Below are positions 1-10,601 of a stretch of 64,000 bases of DNA, in pieces. Origin of the DNA: Candidatus Latescibacterota bacterium (lineage in GTDB: Bacteria > Latescibacterota > UBA2968 > UBA8231); contig OZ241362.1 of assembly GCA_965200315.1 (NCBI GenBank), positions 4,544,001-4,608,000 of the forward strand, written 5' to 3'. Each line of letters starts with the position of its first letter. Positions within the stretch are counted from its first letter, which is position 1. The translations under genes were made by a program, and so were the position numbers. The notes beneath the pieces were generated by a model. It saw only the letters and a list, made by a program, of their open reading frames with translations. It was not told the DNA's origin and made no database searches.

Positions 1-547
1 AGACCGCGCCCGTCGGGTTGTTCGGCGAGATCGTGACAATGGCGCGGGTGCGCACCGTAATCGCGGCCTCAATCGCGTCGAGATCGAGCTGGTAGGCATC
101 GTCCGTAGCCACAAGGACGGCCCGGCAATTGGCCATGCCTACAGCCATTTCGTGATTAAAGTAAAAGGGCGACATCACGACGATCTCATCGCTTGGGTCG
201 GCAACGGCGAGCAAGGCGTGATAAAAGCCCATGTTGGAGCCGGCCGTGACCATAAGTATCTGGTCGTTGCCCACCTCGATTTGATTTTCGTCCGCGAGTT
301 TTTGGCGCAGCTCTTCCCTGAGTTCGGGCAGGCCGCGGGCGGCCTGATAGTGGTGCTCGGCCATCGCGCCGCCGAAGCGAGCAAGTGCCTGCATGGCCTG
401 CGGTGGCGGCGGGTAATGCACCACGCCCTGACCGAGAGAAATGGTGCCCGGATTGTCGCGGATAAGGGCGGCCACGTGCGGGATCACCGGGCTTTGTACC
501 GCCTGCATGCGCTTTGAGTCGCGCAATGTACCTTCACACTCGTGCAT
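1..547 (-). CDS. PLP-dependent aminotransferase class I/II (3' end runs off window)
   Basis: Manual minus-strand translation: RMQAVQSPVIP..ISLGQG..VTAGSNMGF..PFYFNHEMA..IVTISPNNPTGAV. Start is ATG 547 or TTG 526. Not in the ORF track because the stop lies outside the window. Confidence 0.85.
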   Translation of the reverse strand, partial: MHECEGTLRDSKRMQAVQSPVIPHVAALIRDNPGTISLGQGVVHYPPPPQAMQALARFGGAMAEHHYQAARGLPELREELRQKLADENQIEVGNDQILMVTAGSNMGFYHALLAVADPSDEIVVMSPFYFNHEMAVGMANCRAVLVATDDAYQLDLDAIEAAITVRTRAIVTISPNNPTGAV

Positions 548-579
548 GAGCTATTTGCTTTGCGGAGGCAAGAAGGGAG

Positions 580-1127
580 TTATGCTTCTATGCCGATGAT
601 GACCAAAGGAACCGCTGGCACACCACGGCCTTGCCTGATTACATTGTACAGCTCCCCCTCGTAGTAAGCCACCCCGGAACTCATTTGCGACTGTAATATT
701 TTCATTGGCAATATCTCAATACCCACATCGATCTGATCGCCAATTCGATAGCTACTCGATCTTTTATGAAATCAGTTTGATTGTAGCTAAAAATCGGCTC
801 ATGACCTGATTGTGCGATTTCCTTTTTCTGAATTTCAGGAGGCATGGCAAGTGTTGTTCTTATTAATCTCTCATCTTTAGTCACCCAATAGTTTACGCGA
901 CTTTCATACCATCCCTTCGATTCTAGCAGCCTCTTAAACGCTCCATTCATCTCAACAGGACTGTACAGTAAGCGACCTTGCATGGTTTTCTCTTTTGATA
1001 CTTTTGTTTTGCAAACTTCACCATCTACTTGCTCAATGACTTCCTCTATCTCTGTCCAGAGATGTGGATGATGAACGAGTAGATACTCAAGTCCATTTAG
1101 GTGAGAGTACCTTTCAACTATCTTCAC
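580..1127 (-). pseudogene. BglII/BstYI-family type II restriction endonuclease with internal deletion and frameshift
   Basis: ORF 702-1127 reads ..SYNQTDFIKDRVAIE, then at ~743 shifts frame to GDQIDVGIEILPMKILQSQMSSGVAYYEGELYNVIRQGRGVPAVPLVIIGIEA* (stop 580-582). The xQFGKY..YDLF..H segment expected in this family is missing. Lies directly downstream of an MTase; low GC. Confidence 0.8.
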
Positions 1128-2077
1128 GTTGCCTCCCTCTTTTCTTTAATTAAAGATAGCTGATCGGACTCTCTCTCTTGCGATCCGAAAGGCGACACGG
1201 CTAATTTATTATTTTTTGCTTTAGGATCGTATTTAGGTTTATTCATAGGCCTTGTCTTCAAGGTTCCGTTTATTGCACTTTGCACCCTGTCTCGGGCGAT
1301 ATCGACGTACTTTTCTTCTATTTCTGCGCCGACGCCGCGGCGGCTGTTTTTTATTGCAGCAATAATAGAGGTTCCGGTCCCCAAGAATGGATCCAAGACC
1401 CAGTCACCTTCATTAGTCATAGACAAAACAAGTCGCTCGATTAATTCGACTGGGAACTGGCAGGGATGTTGGGTTTTTTCTACGTGATTGCTTTTGACAT
1501 TTGGAACGTCCCAGAGATCACCCGGATTTTTCCCAAGTGGATTACAAGAATACTGCCCGGCTCGCGGACCCTTAAAATACTTCTTCGCCGGATATTTCTG
1601 TGGAACCCGCACCGGGTCGAGGTTGAAAATGTAGCCTTTTGTTTTTTTAGTAAACCAATTTATTGTTTCGTAGCGACCCGAAAACCTTCTCGAACAGTGC
1701 AGGCCGTGTTCAAAGTGCCAAACGATTCTGTTTCTCATAACGAGATGTTGCTCTTGAAATATCGGAAAGAGAATGGTATCGAGGGGTATAATTGAGCCGT
1801 CGTTTACGTAATTGCCCACTTGCCAACAAATACTACCAGAATGGGCGAGAACGCGGCCGCATTCCTTTACGACCGCTCTTTGTTGTTCCATGTACGTTTC
1901 AATATCAAGTCTTTTTTCGTATTCCTTACCTATGTTGTACGGAGGCGATGTAACGACTAATTGGATCGAATTATCTGGAATGGACGCGAATAAGTCCATG
2001 CAGTTGCCATGAAAAACTACGGCCCGTTCCTCGCCGTCAAATTCTTCCGTTATTTTTTTAGCTAAGCCGAACATCAT
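1124..2077 (-). CDS. Site-specific DNA methyltransferase (beta class, N4-C/N6-A)
   Basis: VVTSPPY motif IV precedes HPCQFP and LDPFLGTGTS motif I. Intact and low GC. Start ATG 2077/2074 preferred to 2140. Confidence 0.9.
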   Translation of the reverse strand: MMFGLAKKITEEFDGEERAVVFHGNCMDLFASIPDNSIQLVVTSPPYNIGKEYEKRLDIETYMEQQRAVVKECGRVLAHSGSICWQVGNYVNDGSIIPLDTILFPIFQEQHLVMRNRIVWHFEHGLHCSRRFSGRYETINWFTKKTKGYIFNLDPVRVPQKYPAKKYFKGPRAGQYSCNPLGKNPGDLWDVPNVKSNHVEKTQHPCQFPVELIERLVLSMTNEGDWVLDPFLGTGTSIIAAIKNSRRGVGAEIEEKYVDIARDRVQSAINGTLKTRPMNKPKYDPKAKNNKLAVSPFGSQERESDQLSLIKEKREAT

Positions 2078-2187
2078 TTTAGTATTACCCCATTTTCTGT
2101 CGCATGTAGCTGGAGATCGACGGAATAGCGTCTCAATCACAAGATCGTTCTGCGTCTCATCTTCCGCAACTTCGCTTCCGTCCGTCC

Positions 2188-3093
2188 CTAGCGCAACACC
2201 TCTTGCAACCGCTCGAACAGACGATCAATTTCAGCGCACGTCTCCGCATCGAGCGCAAAGCTCAGGGGGCCGCGGTGGACTTGGTTGGGAAAGAGGCCGC
2301 GCTTGTGCATTAGGTAGCGCTCGACCACGATGAAGCCGTCCAAGCCCCCTTGAATCTGCAGCGTACACAGCGCGCAAATGGGGAAATATAGCTGGTATGC
2401 GCGTACTTCGTCGCCGGCTGCCAGAGCGCGCCACAGAGCCACCGTGCCGTCGAGCAGCTCGACGCCGGGAATGGTTCCGCGAATGCCGCGGCGGAAGGAA
2501 TCGATCAGCAGCAAGCCGCCGCTGCCTTCAAATATGCCAGCCCGGCCCTCGGTGTGGTCGCGCAGGGCCGAGATGCAAGGCCCCAAAGGAGTGGCCTCGG
2601 GTTTGAAGAGGGCGCGGTCGCCAAAGTCGCCAAACAGCGACGCTTGAAATTCAATGCTCATGGGATTGCCGACATACGAACTGGCGTCTTGGATCATGAC
2701 CGGGATGGAGACCTCGGCGAGCAGAGCGGCAAAATAAGCGCGCAATTCGCTCTCGCCCAAGGCGCGGGAAATCGGCGGAATGGCCATGACAGCCGCGGCA
2801 CCGCCGTCTTCGGCAGCGCGGGCGTAGAGCCGGGCTTGGGCCGTGCTCTCGGCCCCAACGCCGATGATGACTGGACCGCGCCCGCGGGCGAACTCCACTA
2901 GCCGGGCTGGAAGCGCCAGCCGCTCGGCAGCCGTCAGACGCAACAGATCGGATACCAAGGCGAGACAAAACCCGTGCGCTCCCGTCTCGAAAAGGTAATC
3001 GACTTCGCTTTCCAATACGGCGTAATCAATGGCTTGGTCGTCGGTGTACGGCATGTGGACGACCGGCAGAACGTCTTTGATTTGGTAGCTCAT
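2188..3093 (-). CDS. Dihydrodipicolinate synthase (DapA/NAL) family aldolase
   Basis: 301 aa; IIGVGAEST, AVMAIPP, MIQDA, FKPE Schiff-base Lys. Confidence 0.85.
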   Translation of the reverse strand: MSYQIKDVLPVVHMPYTDDQAIDYAVLESEVDYLFETGAHGFCLALVSDLLRLTAAERLALPARLVEFARGRGPVIIGVGAESTAQARLYARAAEDGGAAAVMAIPPISRALGESELRAYFAALLAEVSIPVMIQDASSYVGNPMSIEFQASLFGDFGDRALFKPEATPLGPCISALRDHTEGRAGIFEGSGGLLLIDSFRRGIRGTIPGVELLDGTVALWRALAAGDEVRAYQLYFPICALCTLQIQGGLDGFIVVERYLMHKRGLFPNQVHRGPLSFALDAETCAEIDRLFERLQEVLR

Positions 3094-3944
3094 AGTCGTT
3101 GGCTCCGGCGCACACGGCGCAGGATGGCAAAGAGGTGTTCGGCGATCTCGTCGTTGGCCGCCGCCAAGAAGTGCCCGAATTTGCGACGCTGGGTATAGGC
3201 CGGGCGGCGGCGTTGTCCAATGTAGCAGTGCGCCCCGGCTTCTTCGGCAATCAGCGACGGCGGGCCGACGTCATAGACTTCGACTTGGCGCGTCAGGTAC
3301 GCACACAGCGCCCCCTCGGCGATCTCCGTTAGGACCAATGCCGCACCAATGGGGCTTTCGCACGGGTTCAGCGTGGGGCGGACGAGGGCCTGATAAGGGC
3401 GGGCCTTCGAGGAAATGAAAGCCCTGTTCGTGCGCGGCTCAGCGGGTAGCCGCAAGCGCTGCGGGCGGCCATGGCCGACGCGCACGAAAGCACCCTTGCC
3501 CTTGATGGCGGTAAAAATTTTATCCTCTGAGGGCCGTGCGACAATCGCGGCGACCATCTGGCCATCGCAGGCCAAGCCGATGACGATGTGATAAGGAGCG
3601 TCGCCCCGCTTGAAGTGCAAGGTGCCGTCAATGGGATCGAGAATGACCACGTAGGGCGAGGTGTTGCCGGCAAAGCGCTTCTTGAGCGGCGTGCGCTCTT
3701 CGGCAATGCAGCGCACAAACGGAAAGTGCTGGAGCACGGCCGCGAGAAGAATATCCTGCACAGCCGCGTCGAGGACCGTAAAGGCCGTGGACGCGTCTTG
3801 CGCCTTGCTGCCGATGAGGCTGGTGTCCGCGGCCTTGCCAATGTCGGCGACTTGGCCATAGAAAATCAGCGAGGCGCGGGCGCATTGGCCGACGACCGGC
3901 AGTAGCGCGTCGATAAAGTCGTCGGGGGCGATGTTTTCGGCCAT
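3090..3944 (-). CDS. Inositol monophosphatase family protein
   Basis: IAEE..ILDPIDGT motif, YDVG..LIAEEAG. Confidence 0.85.
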   Translation of the reverse strand: MAENIAPDDFIDALLPVVGQCARASLIFYGQVADIGKAADTSLIGSKAQDASTAFTVLDAAVQDILLAAVLQHFPFVRCIAEERTPLKKRFAGNTSPYVVILDPIDGTLHFKRGDAPYHIVIGLACDGQMVAAIVARPSEDKIFTAIKGKGAFVRVGHGRPQRLRLPAEPRTNRAFISSKARPYQALVRPTLNPCESPIGAALVLTEIAEGALCAYLTRQVEVYDVGPPSLIAEEAGAHCYIGQRRRPAYTQRRKFGHFLAAANDEIAEHLFAILRRVRRSQRL

Positions 3945-3965
3945 GATATAGCAATTTTACATCAT

Positions 3966-4020
3966 GTACAAGGTGATCCGCAGATGGACGCAGATAGACG
4001 CAGAATAGGAGCCACAAGAC
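3966..4020. repeat. Dispersed intergenic repeat (CGCAGATGGA decamer family), copy 1
   Basis: gtacaaggtgatccgcagatggacgcagatagacgcagaataggagccacaagac; its reverse complement closely matches 29306-29365. Confidence 0.75.
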
Positions 4021-4057
4021 CATCCACCGCTTGAATCTTCAAATCATATATAATAGA

Positions 4058-4088
4058 AGTGCCCGGCTCCCACGAGGAACCGGGCACT
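4058..4088 (-). terminator. Probable intrinsic terminator after the molybdo-hydroxylase gene
   Basis: Minus strand agtgcccggttcc-loop-ggagccgggcact hairpin followed by tctattat, ~20 nt after stop 4109. Confidence 0.6.
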
Positions 4089-4108
4089 AATGCTCAGCGC
4101 GTGGCCTC

Positions 4109-6418
4109 TCAGCCGGCCGCTACCTCTAGCGAATGCTCCTGCAAGGCAGCGATGACCCGGTCTGGACTCATCGGCAGTTCGCCCAAGCGGCAACCCAAGG
4201 CATCGTACATGGCGTTGGCAATGGCGGCCATTGGTGGGACCAAGGGCACTTCGCCAACGCCGCGGATCCCGTGCGGGCTGGCCGGATTGGGCACTTCGAC
4301 CAAAATCGTCTCGATCAAGGGAATGTCAAAGGTGGTCGGCATCCGATAGTCGAGGAAGGTCGGGTTGGCCATCTGGCCATCGGCCGTGTAGAAGTAGCCC
4401 TCGGTGAGTGCCCAGCCAATGCCCTGCACGGCCCCGCCTTGGATCTGACCTTCGACATACGAGGGGTGAATGGCCTTGCCCACGTCTTGCACCGCGGTGT
4501 AACGCAAAATTTTGACCTTGCCGGTGTCTGGATCGACCTCCACATCAACGATGTGTACAGCGAAGGCATTGCCCGGGCCGCCGGCGTTGATTGTGCCCTT
4601 GCCAGTGATCGGGCCGCCGGTGCTGCCCTGATTGGCGGCGACCTCCGCAAAGGTGAGCCGCTGAGCGGGATCGGATTTGCAGACAAAGCTGCCGTCATCG
4701 AACTCGATGTCGTCTTCGGCGACCTCTAGCTGCCGCGCCGCGCGCCGGCACATTTCGGCCTTGACGTCCTCGGCCGCATTGTAGCAGGCATGGCCCGTAG
4801 CATAGCACACGCGGCTGCCGCCGGTGCCGCCGGTAAAGCCAATCGAGCTGGTGTCCGGGATGGAGGGATTGATGTCCTCGGCCCCCAGCCCCAAAGTCTC
4901 GGCGACGATCATGGCCATGGCGGCGCGACTGCCGCCGATGTCAACCGACCCTTCGGTGAGGTTGATGGTGCCGTTGTCGTTGACCGCAATGGCGGCCGAA
5001 GACATGCCGCCGCCGTTAAACCAAAAGCCACCCGCCACGCCGCGCCCTCGATAGGGGCCTTCGAGCTTGGTGTGGTAGTGCTCCGAGTCCTTGGCGGCTT
5101 GCACGGTTTGCTCGCAGCCGATCTGCCCGTACACCGTGCCGTCGGCGCGGCGCGTCCCCTCTTTAGCGGAATTCTGCAACCGCATCTCCAGCGGGTCCAT
5201 GCCGATTTTTTCGGCCAACTCGTCGATGGCGCTTTCGGAGGCAAAGGCCGCGTTGGGGGCCCCAGGGGCGCGGTAGGCCGAGGACTTGGGCTTGTTTACT
5301 ACCACGTCGTACGCGTCAATGGTGACATTGGCGATGTTGTACGGCGCGAGGATACACTGCGCTCCCGCCCCCACGGCCGAGCCGGGATAGGCCCCGGCCT
5401 CGTAGGCCATGTAGCAATGGGCCGCGGTGATCGTGCCGTCGTTTTTGGCCCCCATCTTAATTTTCATATAGGAGCCGGGAGCCGGGCCAGTCCCCTGAAA
5501 GACCTCGGTGCGGCTCATGATCATTTTGACCGGCTGACCGGTTTTGTGCGACATAATGGCCGCGGCGGGTTCCATATAGGTGGGGAACTTGCCGCCGAAG
5601 CCGCCGCCGATTTCGCAGGGGATAACCTTGACTTTGGAGACCGGTACGTTGAGCACTTCCGACACCTGTGAGCGGATCTCAAAAGGCCCTTGCGTGCTTA
5701 CCCACACGGTGACGCTGCCGTCGTTTTTCCACCAGACGGTCGTGTTGTGCGGCTCAATGTAGCCCTGGTGAATGGTGGCCGTGTGAAATTCGCGCTCGAC
5801 AATCACGTCGGCCGCGGCAAAGCCCGCTTCGAGGTCGCCCATAGCGTGCTGATTGTGGGTGGCGATATTGCTCTTCTTGCCCGTATCCTCGCCGAGGGCG
5901 CGCGTGGTGCGCTCTTCGTCGAGGAGTGGGGCATCGTCGCGCATGGCCGCACGAATATCCACGACCGGCTCCAAGACCTTGTACTCGACCTCGATTAGGT
6001 CGAGGGCCTCTTCGGCGATGTGGGGGCTGACCGCGCACACGGCCGCGACCGCGTGGCCCGTATAGAGCACCTTGCCCGAAGCCAGCGAGTTTTTGGCGAT
6101 CTCGCGCACATTGACCATCGTCTCGCCAAGGTGCGATAGCTTATCGACGGTCTCGACCAAGTCGTCGGCCGTGGCCACGGCGCGCACTCCGTCAAGGGCG
6201 AGGGCCTTGGAGGTGTCGATCGAGAGAATCTCGGCGTGAGGGTGCGGGCTGCGCAGGACCTTGCCGTAGAGCAGGCCCGGCAGGCGCACGTCGGCCCCGT
6301 ACACCGCGGCCCCGGTGACCTTATCGACGCCGTCGTGGCGGATGGGGCGGGTGCCGATGACTTTGTACTTGCCGTCGGACGTGTAGTTGGGATAATCTTT
6401 GCTAGAAAAAGCAGCCAT
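4109..6418 (-). CDS. Xanthine dehydrogenase family molybdopterin-binding large subunit
   Basis: 769 aa; KVTGAAVY, LRSPHPHA, IGGGFGGK, AYRAPG, GQIQGGAVQGIG, GVGEVP. Confidence 0.92.
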   Translation of the reverse strand: MAAFSSKDYPNYTSDGKYKVIGTRPIRHDGVDKVTGAAVYGADVRLPGLLYGKVLRSPHPHAEILSIDTSKALALDGVRAVATADDLVETVDKLSHLGETMVNVREIAKNSLASGKVLYTGHAVAAVCAVSPHIAEEALDLIEVEYKVLEPVVDIRAAMRDDAPLLDEERTTRALGEDTGKKSNIATHNQHAMGDLEAGFAAADVIVEREFHTATIHQGYIEPHNTTVWWKNDGSVTVWVSTQGPFEIRSQVSEVLNVPVSKVKVIPCEIGGGFGGKFPTYMEPAAAIMSHKTGQPVKMIMSRTEVFQGTGPAPGSYMKIKMGAKNDGTITAAHCYMAYEAGAYPGSAVGAGAQCILAPYNIANVTIDAYDVVVNKPKSSAYRAPGAPNAAFASESAIDELAEKIGMDPLEMRLQNSAKEGTRRADGTVYGQIGCEQTVQAAKDSEHYHTKLEGPYRGRGVAGGFWFNGGGMSSAAIAVNDNGTINLTEGSVDIGGSRAAMAMIVAETLGLGAEDINPSIPDTSSIGFTGGTGGSRVCYATGHACYNAAEDVKAEMCRRAARQLEVAEDDIEFDDGSFVCKSDPAQRLTFAEVAANQGSTGGPITGKGTINAGGPGNAFAVHIVDVEVDPDTGKVKILRYTAVQDVGKAIHPSYVEGQIQGGAVQGIGWALTEGYFYTADGQMANPTFLDYRMPTTFDIPLIETILVEVPNPASPHGIRGVGEVPLVPPMAAIANAMYDALGCRLGELPMSPDRVIAALQEHSLEVAAG

Positions 6419-6434
6419 GAAGCACTCCTTCTTG

Positions 6435-6466
6435 GGAATTAGGAATTAGGAATTAGGAATTTGAAT
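6435..6466. repeat. Heptamer tandem repeat (GGAATTA)x3-4
   Basis: ggaatta ggaatta ggaatta ggaattt gaat in a divergent intergenic region. Confidence 0.8.
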
Positions 6467-6497
6467 GCGATAGACTCTGGCGTCAAGTGAGCTTTTA

Positions 6498-7217
6498 ATG
6501 ACAATCGCTTGGCAAACCCCGTCGAGCTGGCCGCGGCTCAGCGACGATGAAATCCACGTCTGGTGCGTCGAGTTGGACGCGGCCGGTGAGGTGGCTGCGC
6601 TCGCGGCTTATCTGAGCGAGGAAGAGCGCGAGCGGGCACGCCGCTTGCTCTCCGGTGCCCATCAGCGGCGCTTTGTGGTTGCACGGGGGATGCTGCGCCA
6701 GTTCTTAGGGCGCTACCTCGGCCAAGATCCCGGTGCAGTGGCTTTTTCACGCGGTGCATACGGCAAGCCCTTTCTGCAAGAGGGCGAGCTGCATTTCAAC
6801 GTGTCCCACACCCACGAATTGGCTCTGTACGCGATAGCGCACGGCCGCGAAGTCGGCGTCGATGTGGAGTGGATGCGGCCCCAAGTCGCGCACGAGCAAA
6901 TCGCCGCGCGCTTCTTTTCGCTGGAAGAGCAGGAGGCGCTAGCGCAGGTGCCGGACGAGGAGCGGCGGGCTGCTTTTTACCGCATCTGGACGCGCAAGGA
7001 AGCCTATGTCAAGGCACGGGGCGACGGTATCGCCGCTGGTCTCGGCACCTTTGCAGTGTCGCTGGGATCGGCGGCGGTGTTTTTACACTCGGACGAGGGA
7101 CGGGACGAGGTGGAGCGGTGGAAGTTGGTGGCTCTGGAACCGGCGGACGGATACGTCGCGGCCTTGTGCGGGGCTGGCGTGGATTGGCGGATGCGGGGCT
7201 GGCACTGGCGGCCTTAG
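6498..7217 (+). CDS. Sfp-type 4'-phosphopantetheinyl transferase
   Basis: GKP, FNVSHT, VGVDVE, WTRKEAYVKARG motifs. Confidence 0.9.
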   Translation: MTIAWQTPSSWPRLSDDEIHVWCVELDAAGEVAALAAYLSEEERERARRLLSGAHQRRFVVARGMLRQFLGRYLGQDPGAVAFSRGAYGKPFLQEGELHFNVSHTHELALYAIAHGREVGVDVEWMRPQVAHEQIAARFFSLEEQEALAQVPDEERRAAFYRIWTRKEAYVKARGDGIAAGLGTFAVSLGSAAVFLHSDEGRDEVERWKLVALEPADGYVAALCGAGVDWRMRGWHWRP

Positions 7218-7963
7218 AGGACTCGCTGAGTCACCACCCCGTGCAGATCCATCTCAAAGTCAATATCGACAACCGGCGGTCGAGCGTAGTGCCAACAAAC
7301 GCCGTATCGCCGCGCCGCACCCATCGTCGGCAGAAGAATTTCTTCGAGTATTTCCGCTAGGGGATAGATGGTGTACACGTCAACCGCGTCAATCAAATCC
7401 CAAGCCCCGCCAAGGCCCGCGAGCCGCTCGCCCATAACCTGCGCCACATAAGCGGCCTTCTCGCGCATAGCAGCAGGCGACGTGTCGCCCGGGCGGATAA
7501 TCCCCTCGGTCACGAGACGCCCCTCCCGCAACTCGCCAGCCCCAGCCACAATCAAGGTTTTGCGGTCGATCTGGTCGTTGGGAACCGCGTAGGAAAAGGC
7601 ATACAGTGAGGGCACATCTGGAGGATCGCACGCCGGCGCGACATTAGTGCGCGCCACCGGATTGAGCTCATTTACGTACAAACCCCACGCCCGCAGGACG
7701 GCGCAGTACTCGCGGTTGAAGTCGATAAACCCCTGCATCGTAAAGGGCGCAGGCGAGCGCAACTCCATCGCGCAGAGACAGACGCGGTCGCACCCTTCCG
7801 CCGCCAGATGTGCATCCACTTGCTCAAAGCCCTCTTGCCAAGGCAGCGGCTCGGCCAGCACGACGCGGACGATCTCCCAGCCCGGCTCGGCGACGACGCC
7901 ACAAGAATAGGGGTCAATACCCTGGAGAAAGCGATAGTGTCCTTTGGGATGTGCAATCAGCAT
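7214..7963 (-). CDS. CnbZ-like (2-amino-5-chloromuconate deaminase-like, RidA superfamily) protein
   Basis: PYSCGV, ELRSPAPFT, NPVARTNVAP, RPPVVDIDFEMD. Confidence 0.7.
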   Translation of the reverse strand: MLIAHPKGHYRFLQGIDPYSCGVVAEPGWEIVRVVLAEPLPWQEGFEQVDAHLAAEGCDRVCLCAMELRSPAPFTMQGFIDFNREYCAVLRAWGLYVNELNPVARTNVAPACDPPDVPSLYAFSYAVPNDQIDRKTLIVAGAGELREGRLVTEGIIRPGDTSPAAMREKAAYVAQVMGERLAGLGGAWDLIDAVDVYTIYPLAEILEEILLPTMGAARRYGVCWHYARPPVVDIDFEMDLHGVVTQRVL

Positions 7964-8175
7964 GATACCTCGTCTTGAAAGGCCCTAAAAGATTCCAACG
8001 TCGGCCCCCGGTGCTCTTGAGTCAAGACTTCTTTCACGCTTGCCCCAACTCGTTTGTCCTATCCCCGCCTAGGCGGTCCAAACCTCGTCGGGCTTGCTCA
8101 GAAGCTCCTGAAATCTTACTCTCCAATGGCGCGTTGCTTCCGATTTTATGACGTATAGCCTATAGAATGTTGACT

Positions 8176-8384
8176 ATGCCAAACGAAGTAGTTTTTGAAG
8201 TCCACGAAGCTGAGGAAGGAGGCTACTACGCAGAGGCTGTAAGATATGACATCATTACTCAAGCTGACTCGTGGAAGGCCTGAAGCGAATGGCTCAAGAC
8301 GCCGTGTTGTGCCATTTTGACGGAGACTCGGTACCGAGGGCTTTCAGACTGCACTTGGTAAAGGACGAGGTCGTTGATGTGTGA
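8176..8384 (+). pseudogene. HicB-like antitoxin, frameshifted
   Basis: MPNEVVFEVHEAEEGGYYAEAVRYDIITQADSW, -1 nt at ~8274, then GLKRMAQDAVLCHFDGDSVPRAFRLHLVKDEVVDV*. Confidence 0.75.
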
Positions 8385-8636
8385 TGATTCCTAGGGATAT
8401 GTCTGGTGATGAACTGGTCCGACTACTGCATCGTCGTTATGCTTATCGGGGCGTCCGGCAGAGGGGCAGCCATATACGGCTAGTCACTACCATAAAAGGG
8501 GCCGGAACATCACGTATCAATCCCGCGTCATAGCCAGCTAAAAGTTGGCACGTTGCACGTAATTTTGTCTAGGGTTGCCGCGTATCTGGAAATCAGCCAA
8601 TCTGAGTTGGGTCAACAGCTATTTGGAAGAAGCTGA
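8384..8636 (+). pseudogene. HicA-family mRNA interferase toxin, frameshifted
   Basis: MIPRDMSGDELVRLL..RQRGSHIRL..KG, +1 nt in aaaagggg at ~8500, then PEHHVSIPRHSQLKVGTLHVILSRVA..LFGRS*. Confidence 0.78.
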
Positions 8637-8672
8637 TGTGGATAGCTGTTTTTACTTTATTCGAGAGCAAAG

Positions 8673-9629
8673 ATGCCCTACAAAGTCCTACTCCGCTCGG
8701 AAATCGAGCCGTATTACACCATCATCCCCATGATCGAGGAACGCGCCGAGATCGTGCGCTGGAATCCACTGCACCCGCAGCCCCCGGCCGAACTCCTCCG
8801 CACCATCGAAGGCGTGTACAACTACGGCCACTACGCCTTCACCGCCGAATACATGGATATCATGCCCGAGCTCCGCGTCATTAGCAACTACGGGGTCGGC
8901 GTCGATCACATTGACCTCCAAGCCGCCCAAGAGCGCGGCATCCCCGTAGGCAACACGCCCAAAATCCTCGACGGCGCGACGGCCGATATAACCTTCGCCC
9001 TCCTCTTGGCCGCCGCACGCAACCTCATTCAAGGCGACCGCTTTGCCCGCAGCCCGGATTTTGTGGCCTACGATCCGAGCTTCCTGCTGGGGCAGGAAGT
9101 CCACCACCAAGTCCTCGGCATCATTGGCTTGGGCAGCATCGGCTACCAAGTAGCACGCCGTGCGCTGGCCTTCGACATGACCGTCTTGTACCACAACCGC
9201 AACCGCAACCCCAAGGCCGAAGCCGACCTCGGCGCACGCTATGTCGAGCTGGACGATCTGCTCCAACAGGCGGATTTCGTGGCCTTGAACATGCCGCTGA
9301 CTGATCAGACGCGGGGCATGATCGGCCAGCGCGAACTGAGCCTGATGAAGAAGTCGGCCGTACTGGTCAACGCCGCCCGCGGAGGCGTCGTCGATCACGA
9401 TGCACTGTTGGAAACCCTGCAAAACGGCGGAATCTACGCCGCCGCCCTCGACGTAACCGAACCCGAACCCCTGCCTCGCGATCACCCCCTCCTAGCGCTG
9501 AACAACCTCGTCATCATACCCCACCTAGGCAGCGCGACTCACCAGACGCGCCAAATCATGGCCGAGCGGTCGGTGGGCAACCTGCTGGCCGGGTTGGAGG
9601 GCCGAGAACTTTTGAGTCGCATCGTCTAA
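8673..9629 (+). CDS. D-glycerate dehydrogenase / glyoxylate reductase (D-2-hydroxyacid dehydrogenase)
   Basis: [42 protein letters not shown]. Confidence 0.9.
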   Translation: MPYKVLLRSEIEPYYTIIPMIEERAEIVRWNPLHPQPPAELLRTIEGVYNYGHYAFTAEYMDIMPELRVISNYGVGVDHIDLQAAQERGIPVGNTPKILDGATADITFALLLAAARNLIQGDRFARSPDFVAYDPSFLLGQEVHHQVLGIIGLGSIGYQVARRALAFDMTVLYHNRNRNPKAEADLGARYVELDDLLQQADFVALNMPLTDQTRGMIGQRELSLMKKSAVLVNAARGGVVDHDALLETLQNGGIYAAALDVTEPEPLPRDHPLLALNNLVIIPHLGSATHQTRQIMAERSVGNLLAGLEGRELLSRIV

Positions 9630-9640
9630 AAAGGAAAAAA

Positions 9641-10576
9641 ATGAGCCCGAATCACCACTACAAGGTCGTCATCATCGGCTCGGGTCCAGCCGGACTAACC
9701 GCCGCCCTATACGCGGCCAGAGCCGACCTAGCCCCGCTCGTCCTAGAGGGCTTGCAGCCGGGCGGCCAGTTAACCATTACCACGGACGTAGAAAACTACC
9801 CTGGCTTTCCCGACGGCATCATGGGGCCAGAACTCGTCGATCTGATGCGCCAGCAGGCGCAGTGCTTTGGGGCCGAGTGCCAATTCAAAATTGCCACCGA
9901 AGTCGATCTGTCCAAGCGGCCCTTTGCCGTCAAAAGCGACGACGCCTCCTATACTTGCGACGCACTGATCATCGCCACTGGCGCGTCGGCGCGCCTCCTC
10001 GGTATAGAGTCCGAAACGCGGCTTATGGGGCACGGGGTCTCGGCCTGCGCGACCTGCGACGGCTTTTTCTTCCGCGACAAGGAGCTAGTTGTCGTCGGTG
10101 GCGGCGACTCGGCCATGGAGGAAGGGACCTACCTGACGAAATTCGCGTCCAAAGTCACCATTGTCCACCGCCGCGACGAGTTCCGCGCCTCCAAAATCAT
10201 GCTCAAGCGCGCACAGGACAACGACAAGATCGACTTCGTGATCAACGCCACGGTCGAAGAAATTTTACAGGCGGACGACGAGTTAGCCGTGCGCGGAGTC
10301 CGGCTCAAGGACACCCAAACGGGTCAGAGGCGCGAATTCCCCTGCGAGGGAGTCTTTATGGCCATCGGCCACATACCCAACTCCGAGCTTTTCGAGGGCG
10401 CGTTAAAAATGGACGAGCAAGGCTACATCCTCACCGACCCAGATTCGACCGCGACGGCCATCCCCGGGGTTTTCGCCTGCGGCGACGTACAGGACTCCGT
10501 GTACCGCCAAGCCGTCACCGCAGCAGGCACCGGGTGTATGGCGGCAATTGAGGCCGAGCGGTTTTTAGCTCATTAG
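9641..10576 (+). CDS. trxB: Thioredoxin-disulfide reductase
   Basis: [35 protein letters not shown]. Confidence 0.96.
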   Translation: MSPNHHYKVVIIGSGPAGLTAALYAARADLAPLVLEGLQPGGQLTITTDVENYPGFPDGIMGPELVDLMRQQAQCFGAECQFKIATEVDLSKRPFAVKSDDASYTCDALIIATGASARLLGIESETRLMGHGVSACATCDGFFFRDKELVVVGGGDSAMEEGTYLTKFASKVTIVHRRDEFRASKIMLKRAQDNDKIDFVINATVEEILQADDELAVRGVRLKDTQTGQRREFPCEGVFMAIGHIPNSELFEGALKMDEQGYILTDPDSTATAIPGVFACGDVQDSVYRQAVTAAGTGCMAAIEAERFLAH

Positions 10577-10601
10577 TAATCTGGACTGCGATTTATGTGA
10601 T

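Noticed and set aside
4109-6418. Aerobic CO dehydrogenase large subunit
   Set aside because: Active-site loop is AYRAPG, not AYxCSFR (form I) or AYxGAGR (form II); left as a generic molybdo-hydroxylase
6498-7217. Secondary-metabolite cluster implied by the Sfp PPTase
   Set aside because: No PKS, NRPS or carrier-protein genes in the window
8040-8125. Possible IS end or structured RNA upstream of hicB
   Set aside because: Only short palindromes; no partner inverted repeat or transposase found
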